This document shows positions 1 to 9,658 of a stretch of 64,000 nucleotides of DNA, piece by piece. The notes under the pieces are model-generated. The model ran no database searches. It saw nothing but the letters and a program-made list of their open reading frames with translations, and was not told the DNA's origin. The stretch covers positions 150,408-214,407 of the forward strand of contig JBEKQV010000001.1 of the NCBI GenBank assembly GCA_049519355.1, read 5' to 3'. Every line of letters begins with the position of its first letter. Position 1 is the stretch's first letter. The stretch is from Candidatus Microgenomates bacterium. GTDB lineage: Bacteria; Patescibacteriota; Microgenomatia; UBA8517. The translations under genes were made by a program, and so were the position numbers.

Positions 1-240
1 TTCCTCCAAGTAATCTATTCTTTTGACAATCTCCTTTATTTCTTTTGAAGTTACATCCCCTTGAGCCAAAACTTTTTCCAAAACCTTCTTAAGGTCAGTC
101 ACTTCAACCCCCTTGGTCAGTTTATTAAAAAGAGCAACCAAGCGAAATAAAAATACACTTATCGCCAAAAGCCAAATTCCGAAAATTAAAAAAACAATAA
201 ATACTAAATTTTGCATCCGGTTCTTGGCAGGCTCAGTCAT
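1..240 (-). CDS. DUF4446-like membrane-anchored protein, 5' part (runs off window; start may be 216)
   Basis: Own translation MTEPAKNRMQNLVFIVFLIFGIWLLAISVFLFRLVALFNKLTKGVEVTDLKKVLEKVL..., open to position 1; N-terminal TM then coiled coil; family recalled, not searched. Confidence 0.65.
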   Translation of the reverse strand, partial: MTEPAKNRMQNLVFIVFLIFGIWLLAISVFLFRLVALFNKLTKGVEVTDLKKVLEKVLAQGDVTSKEIKEIVKRIDYLEE

Positions 241-285
241 TTTTACATCTTGAAAAGTAAGTGTCAAGGAGATATAGAAAGATGT

Positions 286-573
286 ATGGCCGCATACCGG
301 ACAAGAAAAAGCAAAGAAAATCCTCATTACGGTTTCTTGGTTTCATGGGAGCCTAAAGACGCTTCTCAGGCTCGTGTCAAGAGGGAATCGAATTCAGACA
401 AGATTGTGGGTTCAGCCACACTCACGCACGGCAAAAGAGCCGAATCTTTGGCACAAGGTGAGCTTGGCTCAGTAAATAAAAAGAATATATATAGAAGCCT
501 CATCTTGGTTGGCCTCATTCTAATCCTGGAGCTAGTGGTATACTTAGCCTGGAACAAGTTCATTTTAAGGTGA
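286..573 (+). CDS. hypothetical protein with C-terminal TM helix
   Basis: ATG at 286 within ORF 211..573; basic N-terminus, hydrophobic C-terminus (SLILVGLILILELVVYLAW). Confidence 0.6.
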   Translation: MAAYRTRKSKENPHYGFLVSWEPKDASQARVKRESNSDKIVGSATLTHGKRAESLAQGELGSVNKKNIYRSLILVGLILILELVVYLAWNKFILR

Positions 574-629
574 ACACGTTCGCAATAGATTTAAGTGTTC
601 TGTCCTAGGGAAGGGAGGTGAAAGTATTT

Positions 630-767
630 ATGATGTATTGTGTAAAGTGCCGCGCGAAAAGAGAAGGTAAAGATGCTCAAGAAGTTACCATGAAGAATGG
701 TAAGAAAGCTACAAAAGCAGTTTGTGAAGTTTGTGGCACAACAATGTTCAAAATCGGAGGCAAATAA
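630..767 (+). CDS. 45-aa DUF5679-type zinc-ribbon protein (not in ORF track)
   Basis: MMYCVKCRAKREGKDAQEVTMKNGKKATKAVCEVCGTTMFKIGGK; two CxxC; SD GGAGGTGA at 614-621. Confidence 0.9.
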   Translation: MMYCVKCRAKREGKDAQEVTMKNGKKATKAVCEVCGTTMFKIGGK

Positions 768-792
768 CTTTCGACATTTGAACTTTTAAAGC

Positions 793-822
793 AAAAGGGC
801 ACCGGCATGACCGGCCCCTTTT
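793..822 (+). terminator. intrinsic terminator-like hairpin
   Basis: AAAAGGG-ca-CCGG-catga-CCGG-c-CCCTTTT. Confidence 0.65.
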
Positions 823-838
823 GTGTTCCCCAAGTAAA

Positions 839-1426
839 ATGAAAAATTACTCCAAAGTATTTGATACATTCAAAAGAAATTATGTTGCCATTCCCCTTGA
901 GGTTTTTGGGTCAGATCCATACAAAACTTTAGTTTCCACGATTATGTCCGCACGAACGAATGACGATACTACATTAAAAGCTGCAACTAGGTTGTTTGAA
1001 AAAGCATCTGACCTACAAAGTTTAGGTAAATTGAGTGAATTAGAAATCAGAAATTTAATTTACCCTGTGGGTTTTTACAAAACTAAGGCAAAACATATCC
1101 AAGAATTATCAAAAATGATTACAAAAGTTCCCAATACCCGGGAAAAATTAATGGAACTTCCCGGAGTCGGCAGAAAAACTGCAAACTTGGTTCTTAACCG
1201 TGCTTTCAAAATTCCTGCAATCGCGGTCGATACCCATGTCCATAAAATTTCAAATATCTTAGGCTGGGTTCATACCAAAACTCCCGAACAAACGGAAAAA
1301 GAGTTGGTTAAGATAATACCCAAAAAATACTGGCCGGAAATGAATAAGCTTTTTGTTTCAATTGGCCGACAATTCACTTCGAAGAAAAAATTAGAAGAGT
1401 TCCTTAAAGAAAAAGGATTAATCTAA
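839..1426 (+). CDS. nth: endonuclease III (HhH-GPD glycosylase) lacking the Fe-S motif
   Basis: LPGVGRKTAN HhH motif with catalytic Lys, AVDTHV motif; ATG at 839. Confidence 0.9.
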   Translation: MKNYSKVFDTFKRNYVAIPLEVFGSDPYKTLVSTIMSARTNDDTTLKAATRLFEKASDLQSLGKLSELEIRNLIYPVGFYKTKAKHIQELSKMITKVPNTREKLMELPGVGRKTANLVLNRAFKIPAIAVDTHVHKISNILGWVHTKTPEQTEKELVKIIPKKYWPEMNKLFVSIGRQFTSKKKLEEFLKEKGLI

Positions 1427-1866
1427 TCCGAATATATTATTGTCACGGGGCCATCAAGGACTGCTTCAATTTTCATATAATCCCCAAAACTCCCGGTTTC
1501 GACATTGATTCCTGTTTCTCTCAACTCGGTTATAAAAAGTTTATATAGCTTCCTCGCTTTCTCGGGATCCTCCGCATTTATAAAACTTGGACGGTTTCCT
1601 CCTGATGTATCCGCGTGAAGTGTAAACTGGGAAACAACCAAAAAACTTCCCTCCACATCCTTAACCGCCAAGTTCATCTTACCGGCTTTGTCGCTCATCA
1701 CACGAAGTTTGGAAAGCTTTTGGACGAGTACTTTAACTTCTTTTTCCGAATCTCCTTTTTTTATTCCAACTAAAACAAAAAGGCCAATTCCAACCTCCCC
1801 TAATAGCTTGCGGCCTTTAACGGAAACAACTTTTGCCTTTTCTACTCTTTGAACAATTAGTTTCAT
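1423..1866 (-). CDS. dtd: D-aminoacyl-tRNA deacylase
   Basis: MKLIVQRV, VSQFTL, GNRPSF, DGPVT motifs. Confidence 0.95.
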   Translation of the reverse strand: MKLIVQRVEKAKVVSVKGRKLLGEVGIGLFVLVGIKKGDSEKEVKVLVQKLSKLRVMSDKAGKMNLAVKDVEGSFLVVSQFTLHADTSGGNRPSFINAEDPEKARKLYKLFITELRETGINVETGSFGDYMKIEAVLDGPVTIIYSD

Positions 1867-4239
1867 TTAGTCAAATTTTCCTTTATTAAGAAAGAACATC
1901 CCCATCTCAACAACCACTAAATATGTCACCGTAATTCCGATTAGAAAACCGAAATAGAGCAAAGGAAGGTGCGCAAAACTAAAGTAAACCGCAAAAGGAC
2001 TAAAAGGCAAATACAACGCTATCGCCACAACTGCCAAACAAGTTAGCAAAAACGGCAAACTGGGCTTGCTTCTCCAAAAAGGAATCTTTCTGGTCCTTAT
2101 CACAAACACAACCAACACCTGGGTAATAAATGATGTCACAAACCAACCCGTCTGGAAGAAACTACCTCGTGCATGAAATACAAAATACATCACGGCAAAG
2201 GTAAGAAGATCATATAGAGTTCCTATCAAACCAAAAAGAATCATAAAGCGCTTGATATAATCCAGGTCCCAGTTTTTAGGACGAAGAATTTGGTCCGGAT
2301 CGACACTGTCAGTCGGAATCGAAGTTTGAGAAACATCATACAAAATATTGTTCAATAAAATTTGCACCGGGGTCATTGGCAAAAAAGGAAGAATTATAGA
2401 TCCTATTGCAGCGCTAACCATATTTCCAAAGTCGCTACTCGTACCCATCAAAATATATTTGATTGTATTCTGAAAGGTAACTCTCCCCTCATGAATTCCG
2501 TCGGCAATAACTCCAAGACTCTTTCTGAGAAGAACAACAGAGGCAGCGTCCTTGGCAACATCAACTCCGGTATTTACCGAAATTCCAACGTCGGCAATAT
2601 GAAGAGCCGGACTATCATTAACTCCGTCACCTAAATATCCAATTGTATGACCGCCTTTTTTCAGCGCCTGAATTATTCTCGTCTTTTGTGAAGGAGTAAT
2701 CCTGGCAAAAATATCAGTCCCCCAAACTTCTTTTTCCAGTTCACTGTCATTCAATTTTTCTATCTCCGGATTTGTCAAAACTTTTTTGTATTTAAATCCG
2801 ACGTCTCTGGAGATTTTCTCGGCAACAATTTCGTTATCACCCGTCACAATTTTTATAACCACTCCCAGATTTTCAAACTTCCTGAAATCTTCAGCCAAAT
2901 CCTTCTTGGGAACATCGGCAAAACTCATAAATCCCTCAAACCTTAATTCCCTAAATTCACTTTTAACAAGTTTTATGTTGAAATCTTTAAGTTCTTTTGA
3001 GGCAATTGCTATAACTCTAAGTCCTTGTTGTTGCAAATTGGTTGCAATCTTATCTAATTTTCTCTTTGTATCTTCACTTTCTTTCAAACGAGAAATAATC
3101 GCCTCAGGAGAACCTTTGCAAATCAAAATATCTTTACCTTTTTCCGATACGGCTATTGACATAAACCTGTTCTCATAATTAAATGGCATTTCGTAAATCT
3201 TTCTTGGTTTTTCGGAAAGCTGCATATTTTTTGTTTCTGCGAAAGTTACTATTGCCTTATCAATTGAATCCGCAGCGACATGACCGTGAGTAAAACCTGA
3301 ATTACATATAAGTCCGAGTTTTAATATCTCAGGATCTTCTTTCCCTGACGCATTCTGATAGGAACTAAGAGATATCTTTCCTTCAGTCAGAGTTCCTGTT
3401 TTATCAGTACAGAGAACTTCCATATTTCCAAGGTCTTCGATTGAAACAAATTGCTTAACAATTATTTCTTTTTTCGCAAGCTTCTTTGAACCATAGGATA
3501 GAGAAAGCGTTACGATTAGCGGAAGAAGTTCGGGCGTAATTCCCATTGCTACCGTTAACGCAAAAAGAATTGTTTCTACAATCGGATGATGCAAAAACCA
3601 TCCCAACACGATAACGATAACAACTGTAACCGCAGCTATTCTTGCAAGAAGAAGGCTAAAATCTTTAAGGCCTTTTTGGAATTCTGTTAATGGTTTAACC
3701 TTTGCCGCAAGTTCCGAGATTTTTCCGTATTTAGTGTCTGTCCCGATGGCAATTACGGTTCCGTGGGCATTTCCGCCGGTTACGACTGTTCCCATATAAA
3801 CCTCATCACCGTCAATTTTTGCCAATGGCAGGGATTCACCTGTAAGAATTGATTCGTTTACTTCAAGATTTTCTGATGAAATCAAACGGATATCGGCAGG
3901 AATTATTGATCCAGGATGAACGTGGACCTCATCCCCCACGCGTATTTCGGCTACGGGTAATATTTCTTTAACTCCATTTCTGACAACATGTACTGTAAAC
4001 GAAATTCTTTTAATTAAATCACTAACTATTTTTTCCGCCTGATACTCATTCACAAAACCCAAAATTATAGATATCGCCATAACAATCCAGATGGCATGGG
4101 CTTCGGCCTTTTGACCGAGAGCAAATGCCACAACTGTGGAAATCAGGAAAACTAAAAGCAGCGGGTTTTTAAATTGCCGTAAGAAGACTATCCAAGCACT
4201 AAATTTTTGTCTTTTTATCTCATTCGTTTCGGCAGCCAT
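1867..4239 (-). CDS. mgtA: magnesium-translocating P-type ATPase
   Basis: TGES, PELLP, DKTGTLT, GDGVND, SSDFGNM and LYDVSQ motifs of P3B type. Confidence 0.85.
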   Translation of the reverse strand: MAAETNEIKRQKFSAWIVFLRQFKNPLLLVFLISTVVAFALGQKAEAHAIWIVMAISIILGFVNEYQAEKIVSDLIKRISFTVHVVRNGVKEILPVAEIRVGDEVHVHPGSIIPADIRLISSENLEVNESILTGESLPLAKIDGDEVYMGTVVTGGNAHGTVIAIGTDTKYGKISELAAKVKPLTEFQKGLKDFSLLLARIAAVTVVIVIVLGWFLHHPIVETILFALTVAMGITPELLPLIVTLSLSYGSKKLAKKEIIVKQFVSIEDLGNMEVLCTDKTGTLTEGKISLSSYQNASGKEDPEILKLGLICNSGFTHGHVAADSIDKAIVTFAETKNMQLSEKPRKIYEMPFNYENRFMSIAVSEKGKDILICKGSPEAIISRLKESEDTKRKLDKIATNLQQQGLRVIAIASKELKDFNIKLVKSEFRELRFEGFMSFADVPKKDLAEDFRKFENLGVVIKIVTGDNEIVAEKISRDVGFKYKKVLTNPEIEKLNDSELEKEVWGTDIFARITPSQKTRIIQALKKGGHTIGYLGDGVNDSPALHIADVGISVNTGVDVAKDAASVVLLRKSLGVIADGIHEGRVTFQNTIKYILMGTSSDFGNMVSAAIGSIILPFLPMTPVQILLNNILYDVSQTSIPTDSVDPDQILRPKNWDLDYIKRFMILFGLIGTLYDLLTFAVMYFVFHARGSFFQTGWFVTSFITQVLVVFVIRTRKIPFWRSKPSLPFLLTCLAVVAIALYLPFSPFAVYFSFAHLPLLYFGFLIGITVTYLVVVEMGMFFLNKGKFD

Positions 4240-4310
4240 CGCAAGACCATTTTAATCTAATTTCAACTGATACTGAAGTGTCTTAGTAATAAGGAGTTTG
4301 TTATACCAAT

Positions 4311-4336
4311 AAAAAAGCTCACCTTACGGTGAGCTC
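4311..4336 (-). terminator. terminator downstream of rnpB
   Basis: Minus strand AGCTCACC-GTAA-GGTGAGCT followed by TTTTT. Confidence 0.85.
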
Positions 4337-4342
4337 CTTTAT

Positions 4343-4656
4343 ACTCTGGAAATTAGTAAGCCAGGTTCTGTTTCTCGATGATCATCCATCTACGCCCTCG
4401 GTCCTCGGGACTCGGGAAAGCGTCCTGATATCGTCCCATTCGGAGGTTGCAGCGGGGAGGATTGCCCCTTTTCACTCGTTTTCCCCAACCTTTAGGGTTA
4501 AGGACTCGACATAGTTTCTGTGGCTCTGTACTGGCCAAACCCAAGGTTACCCTTGAGCCTGTCTCCGGCTTACGCCGGACACCCTGCTTTCTGCTGCCTG
4601 GACTTTCCTCTACGCATGGGCAAGCCCACACGCAGCGATCATCCTTTCTCCAGAGT
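4343..4656 (-). ncRNA. rnpB: RNase P RNA
   Basis: Minus strand GAGGAAAGTCC near the 5' end, AACAGAACCTGGCTTAC near the 3' end, P1 ACTCTGGAGA/TTTCCAGAGT, TGcTATAAT just upstream. Confidence 0.95.
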
Positions 4657-4661
4657 GAGGC

Positions 4662-4671
4662 AATTATAGCA
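4662..4671 (-). promoter_or_regulatory. extended -10 promoter of rnpB
   Basis: TGcTATAAT about 5 nt upstream of the RNA 5' end. Confidence 0.75.
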
Positions 4672-4699
4672 CTTTTTGACCAACTTTTCCGTTTGAAAA

Positions 4700-5674
4700 C
4701 TAATTCTTAATAAAGTATTCCTTCGCCAATACTTGGAGTGTTATTACAAAAGGAATCGAAACAATTACACCCATAATTCCGGCCAGTTTGGCACCAATTG
4801 CAAGTGAAATAAGAACAACCAATGGAGAAACCCCGACGGACTTTTCCATAATTTTAGGTATCAAGACATACCCTTCAAGCTGGTGTACCAGAAACGCAAC
4901 TACGGCAACACCAAACCCGACAAGAGGCGAAATTCCAAAACCGATTAAGATTGCCGGTATGGCAGATACGATCGGTCCTAAAATCGGCACGATTTCCAAT
5001 ATTCCGGCTAAAATCGCAAGTGGCAATGCAAATGGAATTCCGATTAGGAATAGCCCTATATAAGTTCCGAGCCCTATGGAAAACATAAGTATCAGTTGTC
5101 CCCTGGCCCATTTACCAAGCTTTCTTTCCAATATGTCTATGAACCGTCCGATCCTTTCCCTTTTCGCCTCGCCAAATAAGAATCCAAGCTGGTCCTGAAG
5201 TTTGTCTCTAGTCAGGAGCATGTAAAAAGCGAACACCAAAATAGATAAAATAATCAATAAATTAGAAAAAACCGAAAATGTAAAATTCAATACCTGTCCG
5301 GGAACACCACCCAATTGGGTGAGTAAACCCTTAATAATATCGCCGCTTGTTGTTGAATTAATACCGATATTGGAAAGGTAGAAAGGAAGTGCAGTTACAA
5401 AATTTGCGGTTTGTTGTATCAAGGTCGGCACGACCAAAGCAATAACCCCACCAAAAATTCCGATAACAAGAATGTAGGTCAGAAGAACCGATAATGCTCT
5501 GGGGATTTTAATTCTGGTCAATCCCGCAACAAGCGGTTCTAAAATCGTCATAAGGAGAAGGGCAACAAAAAGTTCCAAAATAATTTCGCGGACAAAAAAC
5601 AAAAACCAAAGTCCCAAAAGGAAAAATACTGTAAATATCACAGTCTTATGGGAAATTTCAATCTTGCTTGGCAT
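4700..5674 (-). CDS. AI-2E family (PerM/UPF0118) transporter
   Basis: Multi-TM; EIVPILGP, QLEGYVLIPKIM and VGVSPL motifs; ATG at 5674 preferred over TTG 5683. Confidence 0.9.
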   Translation of the reverse strand: MPSKIEISHKTVIFTVFFLLGLWFLFFVREIILELFVALLLMTILEPLVAGLTRIKIPRALSVLLTYILVIGIFGGVIALVVPTLIQQTANFVTALPFYLSNIGINSTTSGDIIKGLLTQLGGVPGQVLNFTFSVFSNLLIILSILVFAFYMLLTRDKLQDQLGFLFGEAKRERIGRFIDILERKLGKWARGQLILMFSIGLGTYIGLFLIGIPFALPLAILAGILEIVPILGPIVSAIPAILIGFGISPLVGFGVAVVAFLVHQLEGYVLIPKIMEKSVGVSPLVVLISLAIGAKLAGIMGVIVSIPFVITLQVLAKEYFIKN

Positions 5675-5686
5675 ATTTATCAACTT

Positions 5687-6661
5687 CTACAATCGTTTCT
5701 CTTTATACCATCTTTCGACCGACTTTTCTACGTTTTCGGGATAATTAAGATCTGTAATGTCAAACCAATGAATTCTTTTATCCTTCTTAAACCAAACCAT
5801 CTGCCGCTTTACATACCTTTTTTCTTCATCCTCCCATTTTCTAATTACACCGCTTTCAGTTTCTTGACCGTCAAAGTAAGATTTCCACTGCCGGTATCCG
5901 ATTGATGACATTGAAGGCATATTCCAATTGACCTGATTTTCCAAAAGACTTTTTATTTCTTTTTTTATACCATCGTTTATCCTTTGAATGACTCTCGTCT
6001 CAATCTTTTTATTAATAACATCTTCCGACGCGGTTAAACCTATTATCAACACATCCAATCCTACCTTCTTTTTTTCAATCTTTTGTTCTTTTTTGACATT
6101 ACCGATTTTCCAGGTTGCCACTTCAATAGCACGAAGTAACCGTCTTGGATTTTTCTTGTCCGAAGCATTCATTTGTCCCGCCTTGATAGTGTCAATTTGT
6201 GCAAGCATATCAAAAAGTTCTTCCGGATTTTTATTTTCGAGATTTTTTCTTAAAGAATTATTTTTAGGAATTGAGGCAGTGGCAATTCCGTCAACCACAC
6301 CTTTTATATAAAGCCCTGTCCCTCCCACCAAAATCGGCATTTTACCTCTTTTGGCAATATCGGATAGAATCCGTTCGGCAAATTTCAAATATTGGGCAAC
6401 GTTAAACTCATGCCTCGGATCGGCTAAATCATATCCCCAAATTTTTACCCCCTCTATTTCGTAAAACCCGAATTTTTTAAACCATGGCAGCTTAATTTTC
6501 GCCCCCTTAGGTAAATCCTTGCCTGTGCCTATGTCGAGCCCTTTGTACACTTGCCTTGAATCGGCAGAAATTATTTCACCATCAATTTTTTTTGCGAGAG
6601 AAATCGCCAATCTGGTTTTTCCCGTCGACGTCGGACCACAAATAACAAGAAGTTTGTTCAT
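5687..6661 (-). CDS. miaA: tRNA dimethylallyltransferase
   Basis: GPTSTGKT, SADSRQVY, VGGTGLY, KRQMVWF. Confidence 0.95.
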   Translation of the reverse strand: MNKLLVICGPTSTGKTRLAISLAKKIDGEIISADSRQVYKGLDIGTGKDLPKGAKIKLPWFKKFGFYEIEGVKIWGYDLADPRHEFNVAQYLKFAERILSDIAKRGKMPILVGGTGLYIKGVVDGIATASIPKNNSLRKNLENKNPEELFDMLAQIDTIKAGQMNASDKKNPRRLLRAIEVATWKIGNVKKEQKIEKKKVGLDVLIIGLTASEDVINKKIETRVIQRINDGIKKEIKSLLENQVNWNMPSMSSIGYRQWKSYFDGQETESGVIRKWEDEEKRYVKRQMVWFKKDKRIHWFDITDLNYPENVEKSVERWYKEKRL

Positions 6662-6662
6662 A

Positions 6663-7451
6663 TTAGCTGCTCGCGCTACTATATTTCGTCAACGCATAAT
6701 TCCAGAATTTGAATGAAATAAAAATAGCAATTAGACCAACCAAAAATGCTATCAATACTTCCGGAAGACTGGTTAGCCCCATTATTGCTTTGGCCGGAAG
6801 CGTAATCATAATTCCAACCGGAATTAAGTAAGTCAAAAACGCCTTGAGCGGCTGTTGATAAATATCGATAGGGAGCCTGCCCAAACTTGTTAAGTCTCTA
6901 TAAATCATAACTGTATGATCAACCTCCAGTGTAACTATTGCAAAAGAAAGGACAATAATATGGAAAGCCGTCGCAATCAAAAAACCGTTTGCCAAAAGGA
7001 TAAGGAAAAGTCCGATCTGAACTAAACCGGGGTGCAATAAACTTCCGAAATAAATAGTAAGAATAATTAACGGCGGAATTGTAATAAGGTCAATTACATC
7101 TGCTCCTCCCATAAGAACGCGAAATAGAGCACTAATTGGTTTAACCAAAACCAGGTCAAAATCCCCGTTTATTATCATCGGTCTAAAATTGTAGACTTCC
7201 CGGAACAAAAATTGGGTAATTACATCAATAAGATTGAATGTCAAAAAGAAAAATATTATCTGATTGCTTGAATAACCGGCCAAATTACCGCTACCCACAA
7301 GAAGGAAATATAGAAAACCGAAAAAGAAAATAAATCTAAAAATTTTTCCTATCAAAAATACTGAAAGTGCAAGTTTTTGGCCGATAACTACAGAGAAAGA
7401 ATTCCTGCTCATCATCCACCATATATTGAAATATTTTTTAAATTTTTTCAT
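6663..7451 (-). CDS. ABC-2 family permease (ABC2_membrane_6 type)
   Basis: Six-TM protein with GDFDLVLVKP motif; in operon with ATPase. Confidence 0.85.
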   Translation of the reverse strand: MKKFKKYFNIWWMMSRNSFSVVIGQKLALSVFLIGKIFRFIFFFGFLYFLLVGSGNLAGYSSNQIIFFFLTFNLIDVITQFLFREVYNFRPMIINGDFDLVLVKPISALFRVLMGGADVIDLITIPPLIILTIYFGSLLHPGLVQIGLFLILLANGFLIATAFHIIVLSFAIVTLEVDHTVMIYRDLTSLGRLPIDIYQQPLKAFLTYLIPVGIMITLPAKAIMGLTSLPEVLIAFLVGLIAIFISFKFWNYALTKYSSASS

Positions 7452-7485
7452 TTCGATTCATAGAGAAACAAACTTCGCTTATACG

Positions 7486-8289
7486 TCATCTCCCAATCGC
7501 CTGATAAACCCTGAGACCTTTTTGCCAAACAAAATTCAGGGTAAACCAAAGTACACCAGTCCAGGCTATGGCAACCATTAATCCTCCAATAAGCGCCGGG
7601 CCGGAGATATTACCCAGATAAACCTCAACCGGAAAATAAATAAGATAAGGAAACGGTGTTGCCAAAACTATTGATTGAAAGATGCCCGGTAAAATATTTA
7701 TGGGAAAAAGAGAACCGGATAGGGATTCAATAATTACAACGGTAACCAAAAAATGGGATCCCCATCCGATTTCAGGGGCCCAAAACGGAATTGAACTAAT
7801 TAGAAAAAGAAGGAAGAAATAAATTAAGATTGCAAGGATAATTGTTGCCGCAAAAGCCAAAAGTGCAACAGGGTTGGTTTGAAAGAAAAATGGAGGCTTC
7901 AAAATAACAAAAAGAACGGAAAACTCAACCGCCGCGAAAATTAAATTTAAGGCTTTACTGGAAATATCTCGTGTGAACCAATATTTAAAATAACTCATAG
8001 GCTTAAGAAGATAATTTGATAGGTCACCCTGTGCAATATCGCTTGACACATCCATCGCCCGGGCGGAAAGAACCAGAGCTCTTACAATCATTATTCCGAA
8101 AACGTAGGTCAGAATTTTAGTTCTGTCATAGCCAAAGATTTGTGTTGTAGGATTTGCAAAAACCGTACTCCAAAGAAAATAAGTCAAAAGAATCTGAAAA
8201 ACATTTCTTACCCTCCACAAAATAAAATTCAGGCGATAGGCAAATTCTTGCTCAAAAGAGATTTTGAAGACACCCCAATACTTTCTCAT
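7486..8289 (-). CDS. ABC-2 family permease (ABC2_membrane_6 type)
   Basis: YRLNF, GDLSNYLLKP motifs; multi-TM. Confidence 0.85.
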   Translation of the reverse strand: MRKYWGVFKISFEQEFAYRLNFILWRVRNVFQILLTYFLWSTVFANPTTQIFGYDRTKILTYVFGIMIVRALVLSARAMDVSSDIAQGDLSNYLLKPMSYFKYWFTRDISSKALNLIFAAVEFSVLFVILKPPFFFQTNPVALLAFAATIILAILIYFFLLFLISSIPFWAPEIGWGSHFLVTVVIIESLSGSLFPINILPGIFQSIVLATPFPYLIYFPVEVYLGNISGPALIGGLMVAIAWTGVLWFTLNFVWQKGLRVYQAIGR

Positions 8290-8297
8290 TTAAACTC

Positions 8298-9284
8298 TCA
8301 CTTTCTAAGACCGCCTTTGAATACTTTACGGATTACATCCTCTATCGGAATTTCTTCTATTGTTAAATCGTCGACCGGAAAATTCTGGAGAAGTTCAGCG
8401 GCCGCAACCGCTGTGGCGGAACGCGGAACCGAAAGAATAACTTCCGGAAATGCCAATTTTTTAACTTTTCCGATTTTTTCCAAATCCGCAATTCCGTCTT
8501 CTTTTGAAAGGGTGGCCTTAATTATCTTTTCCTTGGCAAACTTTTCAACCAGTTCCTCAAGCGCTCCGTCAAAAAGAATTTTGCCTTCGTCTATTACGAT
8601 TACACGGCGGGCGAGATTTACCAAATCGTCCATATTATGAGAAGTCAAAAGGATCGTGGCCGCATACTTCTTGTTATATTCGTAAATAAAATCTCGCATT
8701 TTTTGCTGAGCAACAAGGTCAAGCCCGATAGTTGGTTCATCTAAGAAAAGAACCTTCGGCCTGTATAGTAAAGCTGCAGTTAACTCCATCCGCATTCTCT
8801 GTCCCAGAGAAAGTTTCCTGACGGGAGTGTTCAGAAGTTTACTAAGTTCCAAAAGTTCAACAAGCTCTCTAAGATTTTCTTCGTACTCACGTCTCGGAAT
8901 TTCATAAATTGCTCTGTTTAGCTCAAAAGTTTCTATCGCCGGAAGATCCCACCAAAGTTGATTCTTTTGCCCCATTACAAGGGCAATTTGTTTAAGGAAC
9001 TCAGGTTTTCTTTGCCATGGATCATGTTCTAAAACTTCAACAAAACCACTTGTCGGATAAAGGAGTCCTGAAAGAATCTTAAGGGTAGTTGTTTTCCCGG
9101 CACCATTTGGACCGATAAAACCAACAAGCTCCCCTGGTTGAATTACGAAAGAAACTCCCCTAATTGCGTTAACGGTTTTTTTCTTCGGGGAAAAAAGGGA
9201 TTTAAACGCACCGGAAAGACCCGGTTCTTTTTGATTAATTTCAAAATTTTTTACGAGATTATCAACAATGACAGTCCGATCCAT
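8298..9284 (-). CDS. ABC transporter ATP-binding protein
   Basis: GPNGAGKT, LSLGQ, FLDEPT, SH motifs. Confidence 0.95.
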   Translation of the reverse strand: MDRTVIVDNLVKNFEINQKEPGLSGAFKSLFSPKKKTVNAIRGVSFVIQPGELVGFIGPNGAGKTTTLKILSGLLYPTSGFVEVLEHDPWQRKPEFLKQIALVMGQKNQLWWDLPAIETFELNRAIYEIPRREYEENLRELVELLELSKLLNTPVRKLSLGQRMRMELTAALLYRPKVLFLDEPTIGLDLVAQQKMRDFIYEYNKKYAATILLTSHNMDDLVNLARRVIVIDEGKILFDGALEELVEKFAKEKIIKATLSKEDGIADLEKIGKVKKLAFPEVILSVPRSATAVAAAELLQNFPVDDLTIEEIPIEDVIRKVFKGGLRK

Positions 9285-9322
9285 TAACTGAAGTATAACA
9301 CGCTCGAATTTTTAATTTGTAA

Positions 9323-9598
9323 TTAACGGCTGACTTGCCTCTTTAATTTTTTTCCTGAAGTAAAACGCGGAGATCTATGAGATTTTATGGAAACTGTTTT
9401 ATCGGTTTTAGGAATTTTAACTGTTTTACCTTTCATGGAGATTACTCTGAAAGTTCCAAATCCTGAAAGAACTACTTTCTCTCCTTTTGCAAGAACTCTT
9501 CCTACTTCGTCGAGAAAAACTTCAACAGCTTCATCTGCAGCTTTTTTTGTAAGATGCGCTTTTCTTGCAACCTGCTCGACAAGTTCTGCTTTTGTCAT
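9323..9598 (-). CDS. hup: HU family DNA-binding protein
   Basis: MTKAELV, LSGFGTF, PRFTSGKKLK. Confidence 0.9.
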   Translation of the reverse strand: MTKAELVEQVARKAHLTKKAADEAVEVFLDEVGRVLAKGEKVVLSGFGTFRVISMKGKTVKIPKTDKTVSIKSHRSPRFTSGKKLKRQVSR

Positions 9599-9609
9599 TC
9601 TAAGCAAGG

Positions 9610-9638
9610 AGCATAATGCACTCTAAGACAAATGTCAA
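9610..9638 (-). promoter_or_regulatory. sigma70 promoter of HU
   Basis: TTGACA-17-TATGCT, 11 nt before ATG. Confidence 0.7.
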
Positions 9639-9658
9639 GATTTCGGACTAATCCGGCA

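Noticed and set aside
4329-4710. ORFs 4329..4514, 4353..4631 and 4447..4710
   Set aside because: They overlap the RNase P RNA and are spurious frames in a GC-rich structural RNA.
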